Positions 1-14,549 of a stretch of DNA of 64,000 nt are shown piece by piece. The number at the start of each line of letters is the position of its first letter. Position 1 is the first letter of the stretch. The position numbers and the translations under genes are program-made. The stretch comes from Callorhinchus milii (lineage: Eukaryota), in contig NW_024704742.1 in NCBI RefSeq assembly GCF_018977255.1, forward strand, positions 42,658,001 through 42,722,000, given 5' to 3'. Under the pieces are notes generated by a model, which had not been told where the DNA came from, made no database searches, and worked only from the letters and a program-made list of their open reading frames with translations.

Positions 1-719
1 TAGATACCAATTTGACCTCTGCCCACATGATTGTTAACAGAGACCTGCTTCAACCAGGAGAAGTCAATGTCACTTCATGAAGCTGTCATTGTACAGTCTG
101 TTTGTGGTGGACAAAGCTTTATGAAGTCTAACTACGGTCAGAAGAAATATCAGACCAACCATTGTAAATGCTTTAAAGCAAAGCTAAAATTTAGCTCCCG
201 GTGTCATAGAAGCCTCACTTGTGTTAACAAATGAACATTTGACTTATCAGTGAATGAAATGTCACATGAAGTTTATGGTGAATAAAATATTAATTTTCAT
301 TATGTGTTATTTATTTGTTGATCATGGTAACAGCAACAGTGTCAAGGCAAGGTTATCAATATGATGACATGATTACTTTTTCCCAAAATCACTGACTCCT
401 GATTTCAGTGATTTCATGGTTTTACAATTTAACTGAATGTTTCACAATTTTACTGTAACATACATATCTAAAGAAAGGCTTTACTTTTTTTCAAATAGTG
501 TAACAGCTGAGCTGAAATTCCAGTCATTGTTATGCAGGGTGATACAGACAACATATCGGGTACCAGAAATATGCTACACGTAAAGACAAATGGAATTTCA
601 TCCCCAATGTATAATTCTGAATTTTGGTCAAGTTTTCCAATACATATGCGCTATATGAATGCAAGCTGTTGTTATTAACATATCAACATAAAAGACTGCT
701 GGTTCAAAGGTAACTTAAT

Positions 720-790
720 CATAGAAGCATAGAAGTTTACGGCACAGAAGGAGGCCATTCGGCCCATTGAGTCTGTGCCGGCTCTTTAAG
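720..790 (-). mobile_element. CR1 3' tail fragment
   Basis: CATAGAAGCATAGAAG...GGAGGCCATTCGGCCCAT; similar tails at ~43262-43510, 51910-51955, 53690-53805, 63090-63340. Confidence 0.7.
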
Positions 791-3700
791 AAAATAAATC
801 CAAGAACATATAAATGGAAACTCACACAAAAACATGAGGGCAGATATCATGAAAATCTTCTTTACTTACAGAATAGTTTTGGAACCAAAAAATGCAATCG
901 AGGCAAAAACACAGAGGTCAGTCAAAAGATAGCTGGACTCCATAACAGGGAGTGAATGCCCCGGAGAGATGAACATCAGTGAAATACTTCTTATTGCCCC
1001 AATTTACCATAAATGAAATTGAAACCATGAATAACCTGACACATCTAAAGGGAGTCAACTGTGCAATGTTTCTGTGTCCTCTGGGGCAGCAGGCAATGCT
1101 TCAGCTTATTGACCGTACATAATCCAGGAGATAGATCCACTGAACAGTGACTGATACCTCAATGAAGTTACCTCTCAACATGCATTGACATTACATGCAA
1201 CAAACAACAGAATTGCCAGTTAAGATGAAGGCCCTGTTCATATTTGCGGTGCAGTAACTTTCTTTCTGAAGGCCATTCCTGAAGAGAAGATTAGACATTA
1301 CAAATGGCATCAGAGTCAGTTATATTGACACAGGTAGATAATTAAGTTCTTTACTGTAGAATTGAATCCTTAATTCTAAGCCTTATAGAAATATCCACAG
1401 GTCAGCACTTTCTAAATCTCATAAGAGTTGTTGAAATAACATACTCATAGCCTGGGTACCAGTATAAAGATTATTCCAGGACCATTATTTTACTTATTTC
1501 CCTGTGAACCAGGCTGGATCGTCAGAGCTACTCACTCATCAAAGCTGATAGCTCACTAAACTACATGCAACTCAACTGCAATGATTACGTATTTTGGTCA
1601 CCCAGTGTCTAACACACATGGATACCCATTTTCGTACTTAAGAAATATCCAAACCAGATATGGGACCAGATTTGGTGTTTGTTTGAGGGACTGTTGGAGT
1701 CTAACCAGCTAAAACCACGTAGCTTGGCACTGAGACCTCTGTATAACAAGTATCCCACTGGTTGTCCAGTTAGGAGCTCCCTACTTTTATTATGGCTTTA
1801 ATAATAATCCTTGCATTTGATATAGTGTCTTATCATGTCTTTGAGACATCTCAAAGCTTTTATGGGTAACAGGACCTGAGTGGGAATAATCCCTGCCCCC
1901 AGTGACTAGTCTTCCCCACAGTTCCTCCAAACTTTGTATTATCTGCAAACCTTACTCTGTATTAAGTCCACCAATCCAGGTCATTAATATATACAATTAC
2001 CCCTGAAACAAGGTTTCAGCTCATTTTTACCAAAAGGAGATTGAAACTACAGTATAGTAACATTTATATTCTTATCACACTGATATGGGCAGCTTATTCC
2101 AATTTGTTTTATAAATGGGAGTTATCTTATCGCTCAGTTGCTGGAAGAGCTAAGCATAATCTGCTCTGAGTATTCCCTGCACTTTGCAGTATTGTTGTTG
2201 GATTAGCTATCACAACATATCTATCTGCTACGGGGCAAATTTCAGTTTGGTTTATTCTTCAAAAATATGGCCTGATGCTTCACTGGGGACTAATATGAGA
2301 CTTTTGCAAAAGGAGAGTACTGGAAACTTGAATTGGAGGTTATCTCAGTCAGTCTGACAGGACAGATTGGGGATGGGGCTTTCTCCTAGTTGCCAAAGTA
2401 TAAAAAGTTCCAAGATCAAAGCTGAGCCTTCAATTTTGCTCTCTGGCATTTTCCTCACTAAGACAGTTTTCAGAAAGCCAAAACTTCCATCTGACCATTC
2501 AGGTCGACTACTAGCTATTAGCATAGCTTGGCTGATGTAAAGTATTCACAGAGTAAATAAATGTGAATTCTGCCTTACACATGCCACCACCCAATCCTTT
2601 CCCCACCCCAAGCTCCCTTCCTCTCCTCCTCCTAATTATCACCACAGACAAAAATGGAAAATTCTTGGCAAACAGTAAATGATCTCAAGTGTCTAATGCT
2701 GTGTTTCTACTGCAGGATTGGCAATGAACATAAGGTATAAATAGAGATGATCCAGTGCAAATTCCACTGCAGCCTGCTCCAGACAATAGTTGCTGCAGTA
2801 AACCATACTTCTTTACCAGAATTGTATTTACAGAAAGTTTCTAGGACCCTATGAGCTAATCTTTACTAATTGCACAATGAGTCTACTCTCCATATTGTTT
2901 GTGGCTTCTACCTTGCTGGCTGATACTTCAGTTTCCATTGCCAAGATACATTCACTGACCAGCAGAGAATACATGCTCGCGAGACAAATTTATCATTAGG
3001 ATACTCTAATAGAAATTAACAAAATTCCAGCATGCATATAAATTTTATTTTTGTCTCCTCGAGCTCATCTGAAAATAGTCTGTTGCATTTTCATTAAGTT
3101 GCAGGCAAGGCCCATTATTCTGTCAGTAAGTAGTTACTGTAAGAAGCTGTAACACAATCCTCTGGGAACACAAATGGAGATATCTGAAACTCACCTCAGG
3201 TTACTGACAGACAATGAATACAGATTGATGTTCTCTATAGATTTCTTTACATTTTTCTTTGTTCAATCTTCTTGGAAAGTAGAGGGAGGGACACAGCAAG
3301 CTCCCAAGGTAAAAAATAAATGCTTGTCAATATGAATAGTACAACATTTGCAAAATATCTGATGGAAACTCAACCAGTTTGTTAGGAATTTTATTGTTTA
3401 TTGTCTCTAATTGACTATACGATATTTCTGGGCAATGAACACACTGTTTATGAACTATAGTTTATTGAATGGCATCACGTGGCACAGCTGAAATCATCCA
3501 GCGTTAGAGCTGAAGGTGGACTATCCACTGTGTTTAAGCCCAAATAAATAATACTTTGGGGATCACTTACTATCAGAACTCCAAATATTTCAGAACTGCT
3601 GAGCGTGAAAAAAAATCTTAAAATTTAGATAAAATAGCTTTCAATCCCATTTGTCTTGCAGTCTATCTATTCAAAGTGAGCTACAGTATCAAGTTTATTC

Positions 3701-3879
3701 AGCCTTCGGCAAGTCAAAATCTCAAGTGATGGTGAAACGTAAGTCTGCAATATCACAGCCTCAGCAGGGATCAGATATGTTCTCACTATTATACCTGCAG
3801 GGAAATGGATACATTCCCACAATTAGAGTATTTTGAATTGGATGTGTCCCTCTCCTGCTGACTAGTATCTCTCGCCATC

Positions 3880-4175
3880 ATCTCATAGACTCATCACATC
3901 CAGGCTCGACTATACCAATGCCCTGCTTGTCGACCTTCCCAACTCTTCTCTCCATAAGCCGCAAATCATCCGGAACTCTGCAGCTTGTACCATCTCCCGC
4001 ATCAGGCTCTGTGACCCTATCACACCCACCCTCGCCCGGCTCCACTGGCTCCCCATCAAGGCCCTCCGAAGCCTTGCTCCTTCCTACCTCTGTGACCTGC
4101 TAAACCCATATCAACCTAACTGCTTCCTCTGCTCAACAGCCTCCAGCCTACTCCACATACCCCTCCCAGACCGCT
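3880..4175 (+). mobile_element. L2 LINE ORF2 C-terminal fragment
   Basis: Remnants of SRLDYTNALL, LHKPQIIRNSAA, TLARLHWLP; homologous to the 31-kb and 36-kb L2 copies. Confidence 0.8.
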
Positions 4176-4201
4176 CCAGAACTGGCTTGGTTATGTTCTG
4201 T

Positions 4202-4340
4202 TGAATTCTGACGAAGGGTCGTGGACCCGAAACGTTGACTCACTTTCCTTTCTCCAAAGATGCTGCCTGACCTGCTGAGATTTCCCAGCGACTTCTGTTT
4301 TTGTTTCAGATTTCCAGCATCTGCAGTACTTTGCGTTTTG
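4202..4340 (+). mobile_element. Penelope-like element terminal-repeat fragment with minimal hammerhead ribozyme motif
   Basis: CTGACGA(4208-4214)-A-GGGTC GTG GACCC-GAAA-CGTT followed by GATGCTGCCTGACCTGCTGAG...TTCCAGCATCTGCAGT; three copies in the window. Confidence 0.75.
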
Positions 4341-6849
4341 TCTGGAATAGCACTTGCTTAATGCTATTGTACAGAAATTAAGGCCAACCAAGGAGATTGT
4401 GAATATCACCAAGGGTGCTATCAGAGCATCAAACATCAGACCTTTGTAGTGTTATGAATAGTCAGCTGTTATAAAATTAATAAGAGAGGAAATTAATTTG
4501 GGATTTATACCTTGGGAAAACAAAATGTTCTTTCCATATTGTTATCTCTAAATATTTAATGTTAATGGAACTGTAGTTTTTTTTAAGAGGTCCTCAGTTG
4601 AAAATAGAAAAACATAAGAAGTCATAACTTTCTGAGGAAATTGATTTTGTTTGTGGCTTCCACCGGATAAAATATTAAAATTCTTAAGCGATATATTTTG
4701 TGATGTTGCAATGTATTAATAAACACCTTTGTGCTAAACAATCCTTGTAATCAATTTGGTGAACTTACAATAGTTAACATACTTATTGGGCCCCAGAGTG
4801 TGCTGGTGTGTCCTCCTGATGTCAAAGGCATTATACAAATATAATTTGTTGCTGTTGTTGAGATGGAATCACACCCCTCTCTCCCATTCTTTCTCAATCA
4901 CTGGGCCAGCCAAGTGAGCCACATTTGTACTACCAGTTAGTTGATACTGACAGAATCCAACCCAAAAAACCACAGCCAGAAGTCCAACCGAAAGCACAGG
5001 TGGCTTCTCAGACTCAACCATTGATGAATCAGTTTGGTGGCTACTTGCCATGATGTGGTAACCAGTCGAGCAGATATTTTCTGTCAATGAATTCAAGCCA
5101 CTGTTTTATCACACAGTTTTCAGATTCTGGCAAGAATTGTAAATAGATTGTAGCACAGACCCACCCCCACCCCAGGCAGACATGGATGCACACGGAGCTT
5201 CTCAGGATTAATCTTGGGTTGTGATGTGTGTGAAAACCCAGAAGAGCAACAGCAACACAACAACCTTGGAAGTGTGCAGGCACTTGGGCTCGTGGGCAGT
5301 GCCTGCCACCCCTCTTACAGCCCCACATACTGGCGATGCAGCATGCTCTAACCATTAATCAGCCATGTGTCTTTGGCTTAATGCTTCCCAGGTCTGGAGC
5401 AGGCCAGGGTCTCCACCCTTCTCAGCCCAGCCCTAGCATGCAAGAGGGGGGCGGGTGGAGGGTGTCATCACCTCCTTAAGAAAATACAGGCTCAAACCCT
5501 TGACTCTTTCATCTGCAGACGCATTTTGAGTGTCTCATCATATACTCAAAAGATTAAGATAGGAAGCATACGTATGTGAGAAAGAGTGACAGCTGATCAG
5601 AATCCAAAAGTAAAAAAGGCTTGGTGGAGATTCGAAATGTATTTATATATAAGATAAATCAACTTCTACCATGAAAGTCTATAACATGGGCTCATTCACC
5701 CATACATCTTCCAGTATCCAGACATACTGGAGCCAAAATACTGTAGCTTTTTAATTGGCCTCTTAGCCCATTTTAGCACTGCAGGATTTCCACTTGGTGC
5801 ACAATACTTAATGGTTTCTTTCTCACCGTTTCCTGTCATTCCTCCATCACTCAATGAGCTAATCAATACCTTATTTTACGGATCAAGTTTAAAACCCCTT
5901 CCTACCCATTTGGAACACTTTTCATAATAATTTGCAATACTGAATTGTTTTCATATTCTCCATGGTGATGTCAGCCTGGCTTGTCTCTGAGTCAGAAGAT
6001 GGTGGGTTACAGTCCCACGTTTGCTTATAAATACAACACAAATTTACATTTATATAACATCTTTCATGTTGGGAGGACTTCCAAAGTTGCTTAACAACAC
6101 TACCTTGGCACGTGAGCTGGGGATGGGAGCTGTGGAGGGTGGGGAGGGCAAAGATGACCAAAAGTGACCAAAAGTGAGGTCAATGATGTAGGTCATGAGA
6201 CAGACCTTACAGATAGTCATTGCACTTTCCAGTAAAATCATTGCGCTTTTCAGTAAAATCCTGTGAAATGTCTTGAGCCATTTTGATGATGTGAAATATC
6301 CAATGCAAGAATGATTATTATAAAAAACATTTCCAAACTAGCTGGACGATTACACAAGAATCTTTAAATATTACAGTATAAATGAAGCATTAGAAAATGA
6401 ATGATACAAATCTATTAGTTGCAAAAAAACACAAGATTGTTTGTCTAATACTTTTTAATTTGGCTCAGTTTGTAGCACTCTTATCACTGGGTCAGAAGGT
6501 TGTGAGTTCAAGTCCCAAAATGAGACTTGAGCTCACAATAGTGTAGGCTGACACTTACTACAGTACTGGCCGTAGAAGCAATGGATTGTCTGCTCTTTGG
6601 GGAGAGCTTAAATCAAGTTCTTGTTTGCTTGTTTTTTAGGTGAGTAGATTTTTAGATAAAAAAACAAAGAGTTTCTTCTGGTGCCTTGATCAACAATCCA
6701 CCAGATAAATTGATCATTTAGCTCATGCTGGTTTAATGGACTTGCAAAATGAAAATTAGTTGTCAACACTTGACAGTAATTACTGTAAAGCGCTTTGAGC
6801 CGTTTCCATATCATTAAAGTAATGCTCTCCTTGAATAAAGAGAATATTA

Positions 6850-7151
6850 AATAATAATAATCCTTGCATTTGATATGGCAATTTTCACGTCTTCTAGACA
6901 TCTCAAAGTGCTTCACAGAATATACTGTAAAGTGAATTAACTGTATATTTGTGGGCGAAACGCAGCAGCCAATTGCACACAGCAGTGTTCCACAAACATT
7001 CATGGACTGAAGTGACCAATTTTTAATTTTTTTTTCTTGAGGTATCATTATCAGGTGTGTGGAGATAAGCAAACTTGCCCAAGGTTTCACCCAGCCGGGA
7101 GTCGATCCCAGCTTGCGAAGCGAGTGCTCTAACCACTGAACTACGGGACTC
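6850..7151 (-). mobile_element. SINE family A copy
   Basis: Reverse strand GAGTCCCGTAGTTCAGTGGTTAGAGCACTCGCTTCGCAAGC...TTGGGCAAGTT...(ATT)n tail. Confidence 0.9.
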
Positions 7152-10057
7152 CTGTATTATGAGTAACTAAATTTATTTAGTTATGAGTTCTCAATTATGA
7201 GTAACTAAATTATTCCACCATTGAAAGGTATGTGGGTGCTCCTCACATACTGAATCAATTATGGATTCATTGTTACATTGACTATTCTGTTTATTCTTTT
7301 TTTACCACAAGTGTGTATTTCGAGGTGAAATTAATCACCTTGTAAAGTTTTGTGTTTAATTATTGTGAGAAGTCAGTGAATCACTGATGGTACAGCATGA
7401 TTTATATTCAGGCAGTGTTACGGGGCCATTGTGTGCGAGCAGTGGAACAGCAGTTAGTGGGTAGCCACTGCCTGAGATGAATGTTACATTTATTGGGAAA
7501 CAATAACAAGATCTAAGGGCCGTCATGCTGTTGGGTGAGTTGAAGAGTGTTCAGTTGTGGAACACTGGTGTGTTTGGTCGGGAAGATGCCAAGATTGTGT
7601 GAAGCTGTAGCAGACAGTCCATTAATGAGAGCTAGCACCATGAACAAGTAATTCGATGAGATGTCAGGTAACTGTTCAATGTCATCTGCAGTGATTCTTC
7701 ATTGGAGGGAACTGCTAACCAGAGGGAATCTTTAATGTTACATGATAATGTCACATATAATGATTGTTGCTTAGCAACAGCTTCAAGTGGTTTTACTCAA
7801 AAGGGGACCATAACTGGGGACCTTTTTATGCAAACGGATAACCACTGAATGAGAAAAAGATATACTTGACAGTTGTAGATCCTCACTTGTGGTGTATGAA
7901 TATGAATTATAAATTTGAGTCTAGTTCAAGAAAGCTTTAGGTTTGAGATGAGTGATCGTGATATTGAGAGGGAAACTGGCTGAAGGGATAAGACTGTTTG
8001 TGGAGGAACGTACCCAATGTAACTCCACTTTGATCGGGTGAAGTAACTCTGACCTCTGGGGAGATCAAAGTAACTCCACTTTGACTTCCCAATAGGCCTG
8101 ACATTGTTCTCATGGTTTTGCTTTAAGACTAGAGGATTTCTTCCAGGAACCAGAGCTACATAATGCTGACCTGTAGGAATCTTGTCTAATTAGGATTAGA
8201 TGTTGTTCTCCTTGTTTCTTAACTAGAAATTGTGCTAAAGCCAGACAGATGTGGGATGAGGTAGAGATAGGGTCATTCTTAGATCATCAGTAACGACTGA
8301 GCTCAGTGATGTGAGTGCATAGTATGTTTGCTCACGAGCAGAGAATCACAATGTATTCACATACTACGATTGGTAAATTTATTGAGGATTGGATTATCAC
8401 CTCTACTTACTGGCAGCAATAAAGGAAGTTACAACCACTAACAGCTCACAGATATCTGTGTCACTAGGCAAATCTAATAGACAACAGAGTGGCACACAAA
8501 TTGGATCTGGTGGCTTTTTTTTATATCATTCTGGCTGGTCAATTCCTGATATTACTCTTTGTTGAGTTTTTGTGTTTGGACATACCATCTTTTTTTGTTG
8601 GCCGTTATTGCGCATTAGAATCCGCAATTTGTATATTTTATCAGCTATTCAGCCTTTCGAGGACAGTTGCTGGTTGATTTTGTCAATGCTAATCATGCTG
8701 ATGCTATGTTATGACTAAGGATTGCTACTCTGGTCCTCAAAACATTCTGGCAAGTGTCAAATCTTGTAGTTACACTTCCATCATCTTTAACCTTATTCCA
8801 GATAAAAGCTATTTTACAACAGTTATTAGAGTTCAAGCTTTCCTCCCATATCAAAACAGTAGTAATCCTTTTCTTCACACAATGTATCAATTAACACATT
8901 AGGGAAACATTGCAACATGTCTGAGATTGCATTTATTCAAAACATTTGTATTGTATCTCTCCTGAAGTCCTTGGCTATCAGCCTCTCTAAATGGTTGTAT
9001 TATTCGGAGACAATGTCACACGTTCTGAACTCCAAGACTCATTTTTCTCTCACCACATAATGCTACAGCACAAGACTTTGAACAAATTATCTTGAGAAAT
9101 GAATAGTGTCATGCAGCACTATGGTTCCTGATAGATTTTATTGTTGACACAATATGTCTTTCAGAACAGAATTATCATGCAGGTATCAAGAACCGAACAC
9201 CCACGCGAAAGCAAACATTTAAATTACAATATATTAAAGAATTAAGTGCTGGAAATTGACAGCCTAAGGTGAGCACTGTTATATGGTAGTCCATGACAAC
9301 CGTGAAATCCATCAAACAATAAATACATCATCTCTCAAAAACTAATCCTGTTTCTCCAGCCCACTGGAGTAGCCTGATGCACTCTCTAGTCCAATTCCAT
9401 TGGGGTAATTCTCTTGTCAGTGGTAGATTTTTCAAATGCTTTGAAACATCCTCCCAACGTGAAAGGCGCTATATAAATTATAAATTGTATTGTATTTTTG
9501 GACATTGACAAATGAGAACAGTTATATGTCCCTCCAGTCCATAAATATGAGTTTATAATGGGATTTCTTCAAAGTCCGTAAACGTAACAATGATCACCGA
9601 ATTACCTCTAATGTGTTAACGTACTAAAAAATAATAAATACACTACAGTGATCTCAGCCGTTTATAGGAGAAACATTTTCCCTTTCATTTCATTGTGAGT
9701 TAAGACGGAATTCATGATAAAAGTGATTTGAAGATATAATATCATGGATATTCGGGGCTCCCCAGTTCGCTCAATGGATAAATGTACCAACTGGTGCAAT
9801 ATTAAACCAAGGCAGTGTAAAAGTGTAGTCATTTGTTCAGAAAACTGCACAAAACTAAGAAACCAGCTTTAATTTACATCTGTGCTACATTTGTTCTACA
9901 TTCTTAAAAGGTTCCTAATTCACAGACTAATTTGAATGGAAATTCTGCAAGGAACCAGTCTCCAAAATTGAACTACTTTCTAAGAGATTTAGAAATATAT
10001 TCCAGAACAGCTCCCATGTACATATAGTTGCTGTTACTCGGACACCTCACCAATTGT

Positions 10058-10505
10058 GTGTCAAACTGACTCAGTTTGTAGCACTATCACCAGTCAGAAC
10101 ATTGCAGGTTTCAGACACCTGGGACTGGGACTTGGAAATCATATTGTCTAAGCTGACACTCCACTGCAGTGCTGGGAGTGTGCTTCATTGTTGGAGGTGC
10201 CGTCCTTCGGATGAGACACTAAACTGAGGACTCTTCTGTCTGTTCAGGTGGACGTTAACAATCCCATGGCACTATTTGAAAAGAAAAGAGAGTTTCTCCC
10301 AGTGTCCTTGATAACAATTCGCCAAATAACACTGGTCATTCACTTCATGTAGGACGTTGCTGTGCACAAATTGGCTGCCTCGTTTGTCCTCAAAACAGTC
10401 ATTGCAATGTGCACTATATCCAGTTAAGCACTTTGGGACATCCCCCCAACATAAAAGATACTATACCAAATATGAGGATTATTAATTCTATTATTATTAT
10501 TGTTA
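10058..10505 (+). mobile_element. Deu-domain SINE (SacSINE1/AmnSINE1-like, family B), full length
   Basis: tRNA-like head then GCTGACACTCCACTGCAGTGCTG...GGAGGTGCCGTCCTTCGGATGAGAC...CAGGTGGACGTTAACAATCCCATGGCACTATTTGAA, matching the recalled Deu-domain consensus; L2-like tail. Confidence 0.85.
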
Positions 10506-11650
10506 TTAGCGACTGCACAATAATCACGCCACTATTTGGTTGTTGTCTGACCCTGTCACTGTGAACCACTCCGAGGTGTTGTCCTTTGGGAAGGGCACTA
10601 TATAAGCGCACATTGCTGTGGTTGAACTCTGTGCAGTAACAGGAAGCTGTGTACCTTGTTGATTCTATTGGTCTTTTCCTCTTCCTAAACATTTGAAACC
10701 TTTGAAGTTAGCAGCACTGGGTACTGAGAGTGTTTGTCTAGACACTACCATAAGATTGGTAAAGAATTGGGTGCATTTACCTGCATTTGAATGACATTGC
10801 TGATTGATTGAATTCAAGTCTACTTATATTGTCCCAGAGCTGGATGCTCAGAGAACATTAATCAGGAGATATATGCTCATCTGGGTATCTCCTTCCTATC
10901 CTTCCAGAAATAATATTAATATCAATCCTTACATTTTACATTGTGCCTTTCACATCATGAGGATATTTCAAGAGCTTCACAAGATATACCGGATTGCCTA
11001 TATTTTGTAGGTAGGTGAACACGGAAGCTAATTTGTGCACAGCAATGATTCACAAACCACCATAAAGTGAAATGACCAACTTGTGAGATAAGTACAACTC
11101 AATGAAGGTGAATTTCCCCAATTCTGAAAATGTCCATGACTTTTGGCTAATATTTTCCTTCTGAGGATTTAGAGTGTACCTTTTAGTGGGTTTCTTTTCC
11201 TCAGATAAATACTCAGACTCAGCAATATCAATTTATGAACCCTCAATGTAGCAGTCAAGGTTTAAAGGGCTGATACTGTTGCAGATTGAAGACAGCCTGT
11301 CACATTAGTACATAGGAAACAAAATAATTAGTTGATCTGTGAGCACTTAGTGTTCCAAAAAATCAATCCCAACCATTGTGAGTGCAAATTGATCAGTGCA
11401 TCATCACTATCTTGCCTATTTCCTCCTTTCTCCCCAGTGTCTGTTCAGTGCAAAGGTGCATCATTGGTGAATTACTGGTCAATAATCTCAATTAATCAAT
11501 CCCTATCAATATTTACGACTTGTGATAAGACGTTCTACAAATATATCTATTATTGGATTAAAGATCATCCCTGCATCTTTGATTTTATATGTATTATTGG
11601 CTGTACATAGGAAAAGCTTGTGTTGCAGGAATACACAGTTACAACAATTT

Positions 11651-11940
11651 TCGCTTTGCAAGCGAGAGACCTGAGTTCAATTCCAGGCAGGATGAAACCT
11701 TGGGCAAGTTTCCTTATTCCACACGCCTAATAATAATGCCTCCAAAACAAAAAACAATAATAAATTGGTCATTTTCAATCTACGACTTTTGTGGGTCACT
11801 GCTGTGCGCAATTGGCTGCCGCGTTCGCCCACAAATATGCAGTCAATTCACTTTACAGTATATTCTGTGAAGCGCTTTGAGACGTCGAGAAGACGTGAAA
11901 AGCACTATATCAAATGCAAGGGTTATTAATTATTATTATT
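11651..11940 (+). mobile_element. SINE family A copy (5' clipped)
   Basis: TCGCTTTGCAAGCGAGAGACCTGAGTTCAATTCC...CCTTGGGCAAGTTTCCTTATTCCACAC and the same tail. Confidence 0.9.
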
Positions 11941-12899
11941 CAAAATATACCATCTCCAACAATGAAACATACTCCAGTATTGGATTGCAGTATCAGCCTC
12001 GACTATGAGCTCAAGTCCTGAAGTAGGGATTGAATTCACAATATTCTGACCCAGAGGTGAGAATGCTACCACCTGAGGTACATTTTCACTTTGTAATCCA
12101 TAGTAGAATCAGCATAAATGTGACTAATGTCAGATGAGAGGAAAGATAAAATCGAGTCATGGTGTTACAGGTCACATGTCGAGTCATGCTACAATATAAC
12201 AATGCACTTAAAAACTTTTTCCAAGGGCTTTTATATGCAGAATGAATGATCAGTCATGCTTATTCAAACTAAATCTCAACCTTACAGAACCCGCATACTA
12301 TCCTTGCAAGAAGCTAGGGATACATCAGTTGCCTTCAATAAAAAAGAAGTTAGTGGTTTAATTTTGCTCAATTCCACAATCAACTTGCTGCGGTTTGTGA
12401 GGCATTTGATTTAGTGTGGATAAGGTTGTATTTGCCAGAAAATGAATAAAACAACAACAGTAACCACAAAATAAAACTGCTCAATGTGGATGTGTCATTG
12501 CTGAAGCATATCTGATACAGAGTTATATGGAACCAGTATCCAGTTCATATCTGAAGCAAACTTTTATTTATAGCATGAAACTGATCTCAACATTGTACCC
12601 AACAGGGAATAGGGAGCTTGGTTAAAACTTTTAACTTTTATCTACAATTATTTTGTTGTTCTTCCGAGAACAACATTGCTGAAGAAAACTCAGAGTGTTT
12701 GTCACAATAATAATAGAACTGTTCCCATAGACAATCTCTACCTTACTGAGTTTCTTTCACTCATTTGTTCCTCAACACTCACTTTCATGTTAAGGGTGGG
12801 CGGTGTTGCGAACTTCAGGGAAAGTCAAGCAAGTGAGAGTTCAGGTGCAGAGTTTGAAGGACATTTGGAGGTCAAACAAGCTGCTAAGGTTCCATTCCT

Positions 12900-13115
12900 G
12901 CTCTGCAAGTAAGAACCCGTGCAGGTCAATATGGTTAGCGCCTGAAGCGAGAAGGATAGAGCCCTTAGGAATCCCGCTTGTGACTGTGGGGGGCAAGAGG
13001 AGAAGCCATTGAGAGAGACTAAATGAAGAAGCTGGAACAGGTAAGCTTGACATTTGGAAAGGATGAGGCCATGGAGGTGGGGCAAGGAGTGACGGTGAAA
13101 AAGGATGGATCTGAA
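12900..13115 (-). mobile_element. Degenerate L2 RT fragment
   Basis: LNGFSSCP plus TVTSGIPKGSIL (frameshifted GVPQGSIL motif region); resembles 23760-23830. Confidence 0.55.
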
Positions 13116-14549
13116 ACCAGTTTCCTGTCATAACCGCCCACTGGTGCTGCTGAACACCCTCTGGTACTCTACCCAAGTAGCAATTCTTTCTAATCTTGGA
13201 CATTAAGTGCCTGTATGGTATTTAAATGCAGACAGTAGCACAGCTAAAATCATCCAGTATACACATTAAAGGCCTTCAACTTAAAACACTAAATAGGAAT
13301 AGAAATCAAGCTATTCTTTTCCTCACAACCTGCAACACCATCAATAAGACTGAAATCAATGAACTCAACAGAGGATTTGTATCTAAATCTGGTTTGTAAA
13401 CCTCAGTGCCATGGGTTGTATTCCATTTACCTGGAATGTGCACTAATATTGTACCTATAAGAGTGTTATTGACCTAGCATAGTTTAAGTTATTTCAGCAA
13501 TGGACACAACATATTGTTCAACCATTTGACCGGGATCAATATCTATTGTAAGGCAAACAAAAATATTTATTTGAGCTCAGATCAATGTTTTCAACCAGAT
13601 GTACTTAGTTTGAATTTCTTTTCGGTGGGCTGAATTGTATTATTATCATTTGCCATTATGTCAAGATATATAGCTTTGGGAACCAAGAGAAATCATGAAT
13701 ACTGATCTTGCCTCCATAATATTATATAGATGGGCTGCAACCCACAAATAGAGAAGATGTGGAAGGAGTGGACTAAGTAGCCTTTTCTTGTTAAATATTT
13801 TCTCATATTCTTACTTAAGTGCTTCAAGACACTACATTTATGAAGGGGGAAATCTATATAAATGCAAGTTGCTGTTGTTGTTCATATCCTTTCTTGGTAG
13901 CAAATTAAGACAAGGGAACAGCAGAATGGACTCTCCTTGGATCTTCCAACTGATAGCTGGAAGCTCCTCTCTTGAATCATGCAGAGCTACACTAATGCAC
14001 TTGAGGGCATCCGCCAACATGTCACACTGAGTATGCCACTGTTCAACATGGAGAATGCAGAACACAAGAACCTCTTAAAATAGACACCATGAGGAGATCT
14101 TTAAAGATATACAGGATGCTCCATAAAATAAAGTAAACACAGAACATTCATTTAAGAAATGTCAAGTCAGCAGGACAAGACAGCAAAAGTTTAGGGTCTG
14201 CAATTTCAGGGCAGACACTAGGAAGTTTTTATTTTATACAGGTGATAATCAATAGCTGCAACAGGTTAGCAGGAAGAGTGGTTGAGACAAGATTTGTTCA
14301 AGAAATAACCTATAATGTAATGTAATAGTGGCCATTACAGAATAATCAGAGAAATAACAATCAATCAGAGAAATAATAAAATAGCTTCTGTGCCATAAAT
14401 CAAGAAATATTCAATCAAGAAACATTTGTTTTATTGGCCAGACAAAGAGCTTTGGCCACCACTGCTGTAATGGGAAGGTGGTATTCTGGACAGACAAGTT
14501 TGAATGGGCAAAAAGATCTTGTTCCATCAGGTTCCAGTAGATAACTATT

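Noticed and set aside
6218..8085. Short local duplications (21-mer at ~6218-6260, TTATGAGTAACTAAAT at ~7157-7210, GTAACTCCACTTTGA at ~8019-8084)
   Set aside because: Only two or three units each; ordinary slippage or insertion-associated duplications with no higher-order structure.
12841..13203. 120-aa minus-strand ORF as a host exon
   Set aside because: It contains a frameshifted L2 RT motif (GIPKGSIL) and no KChIP similarity.
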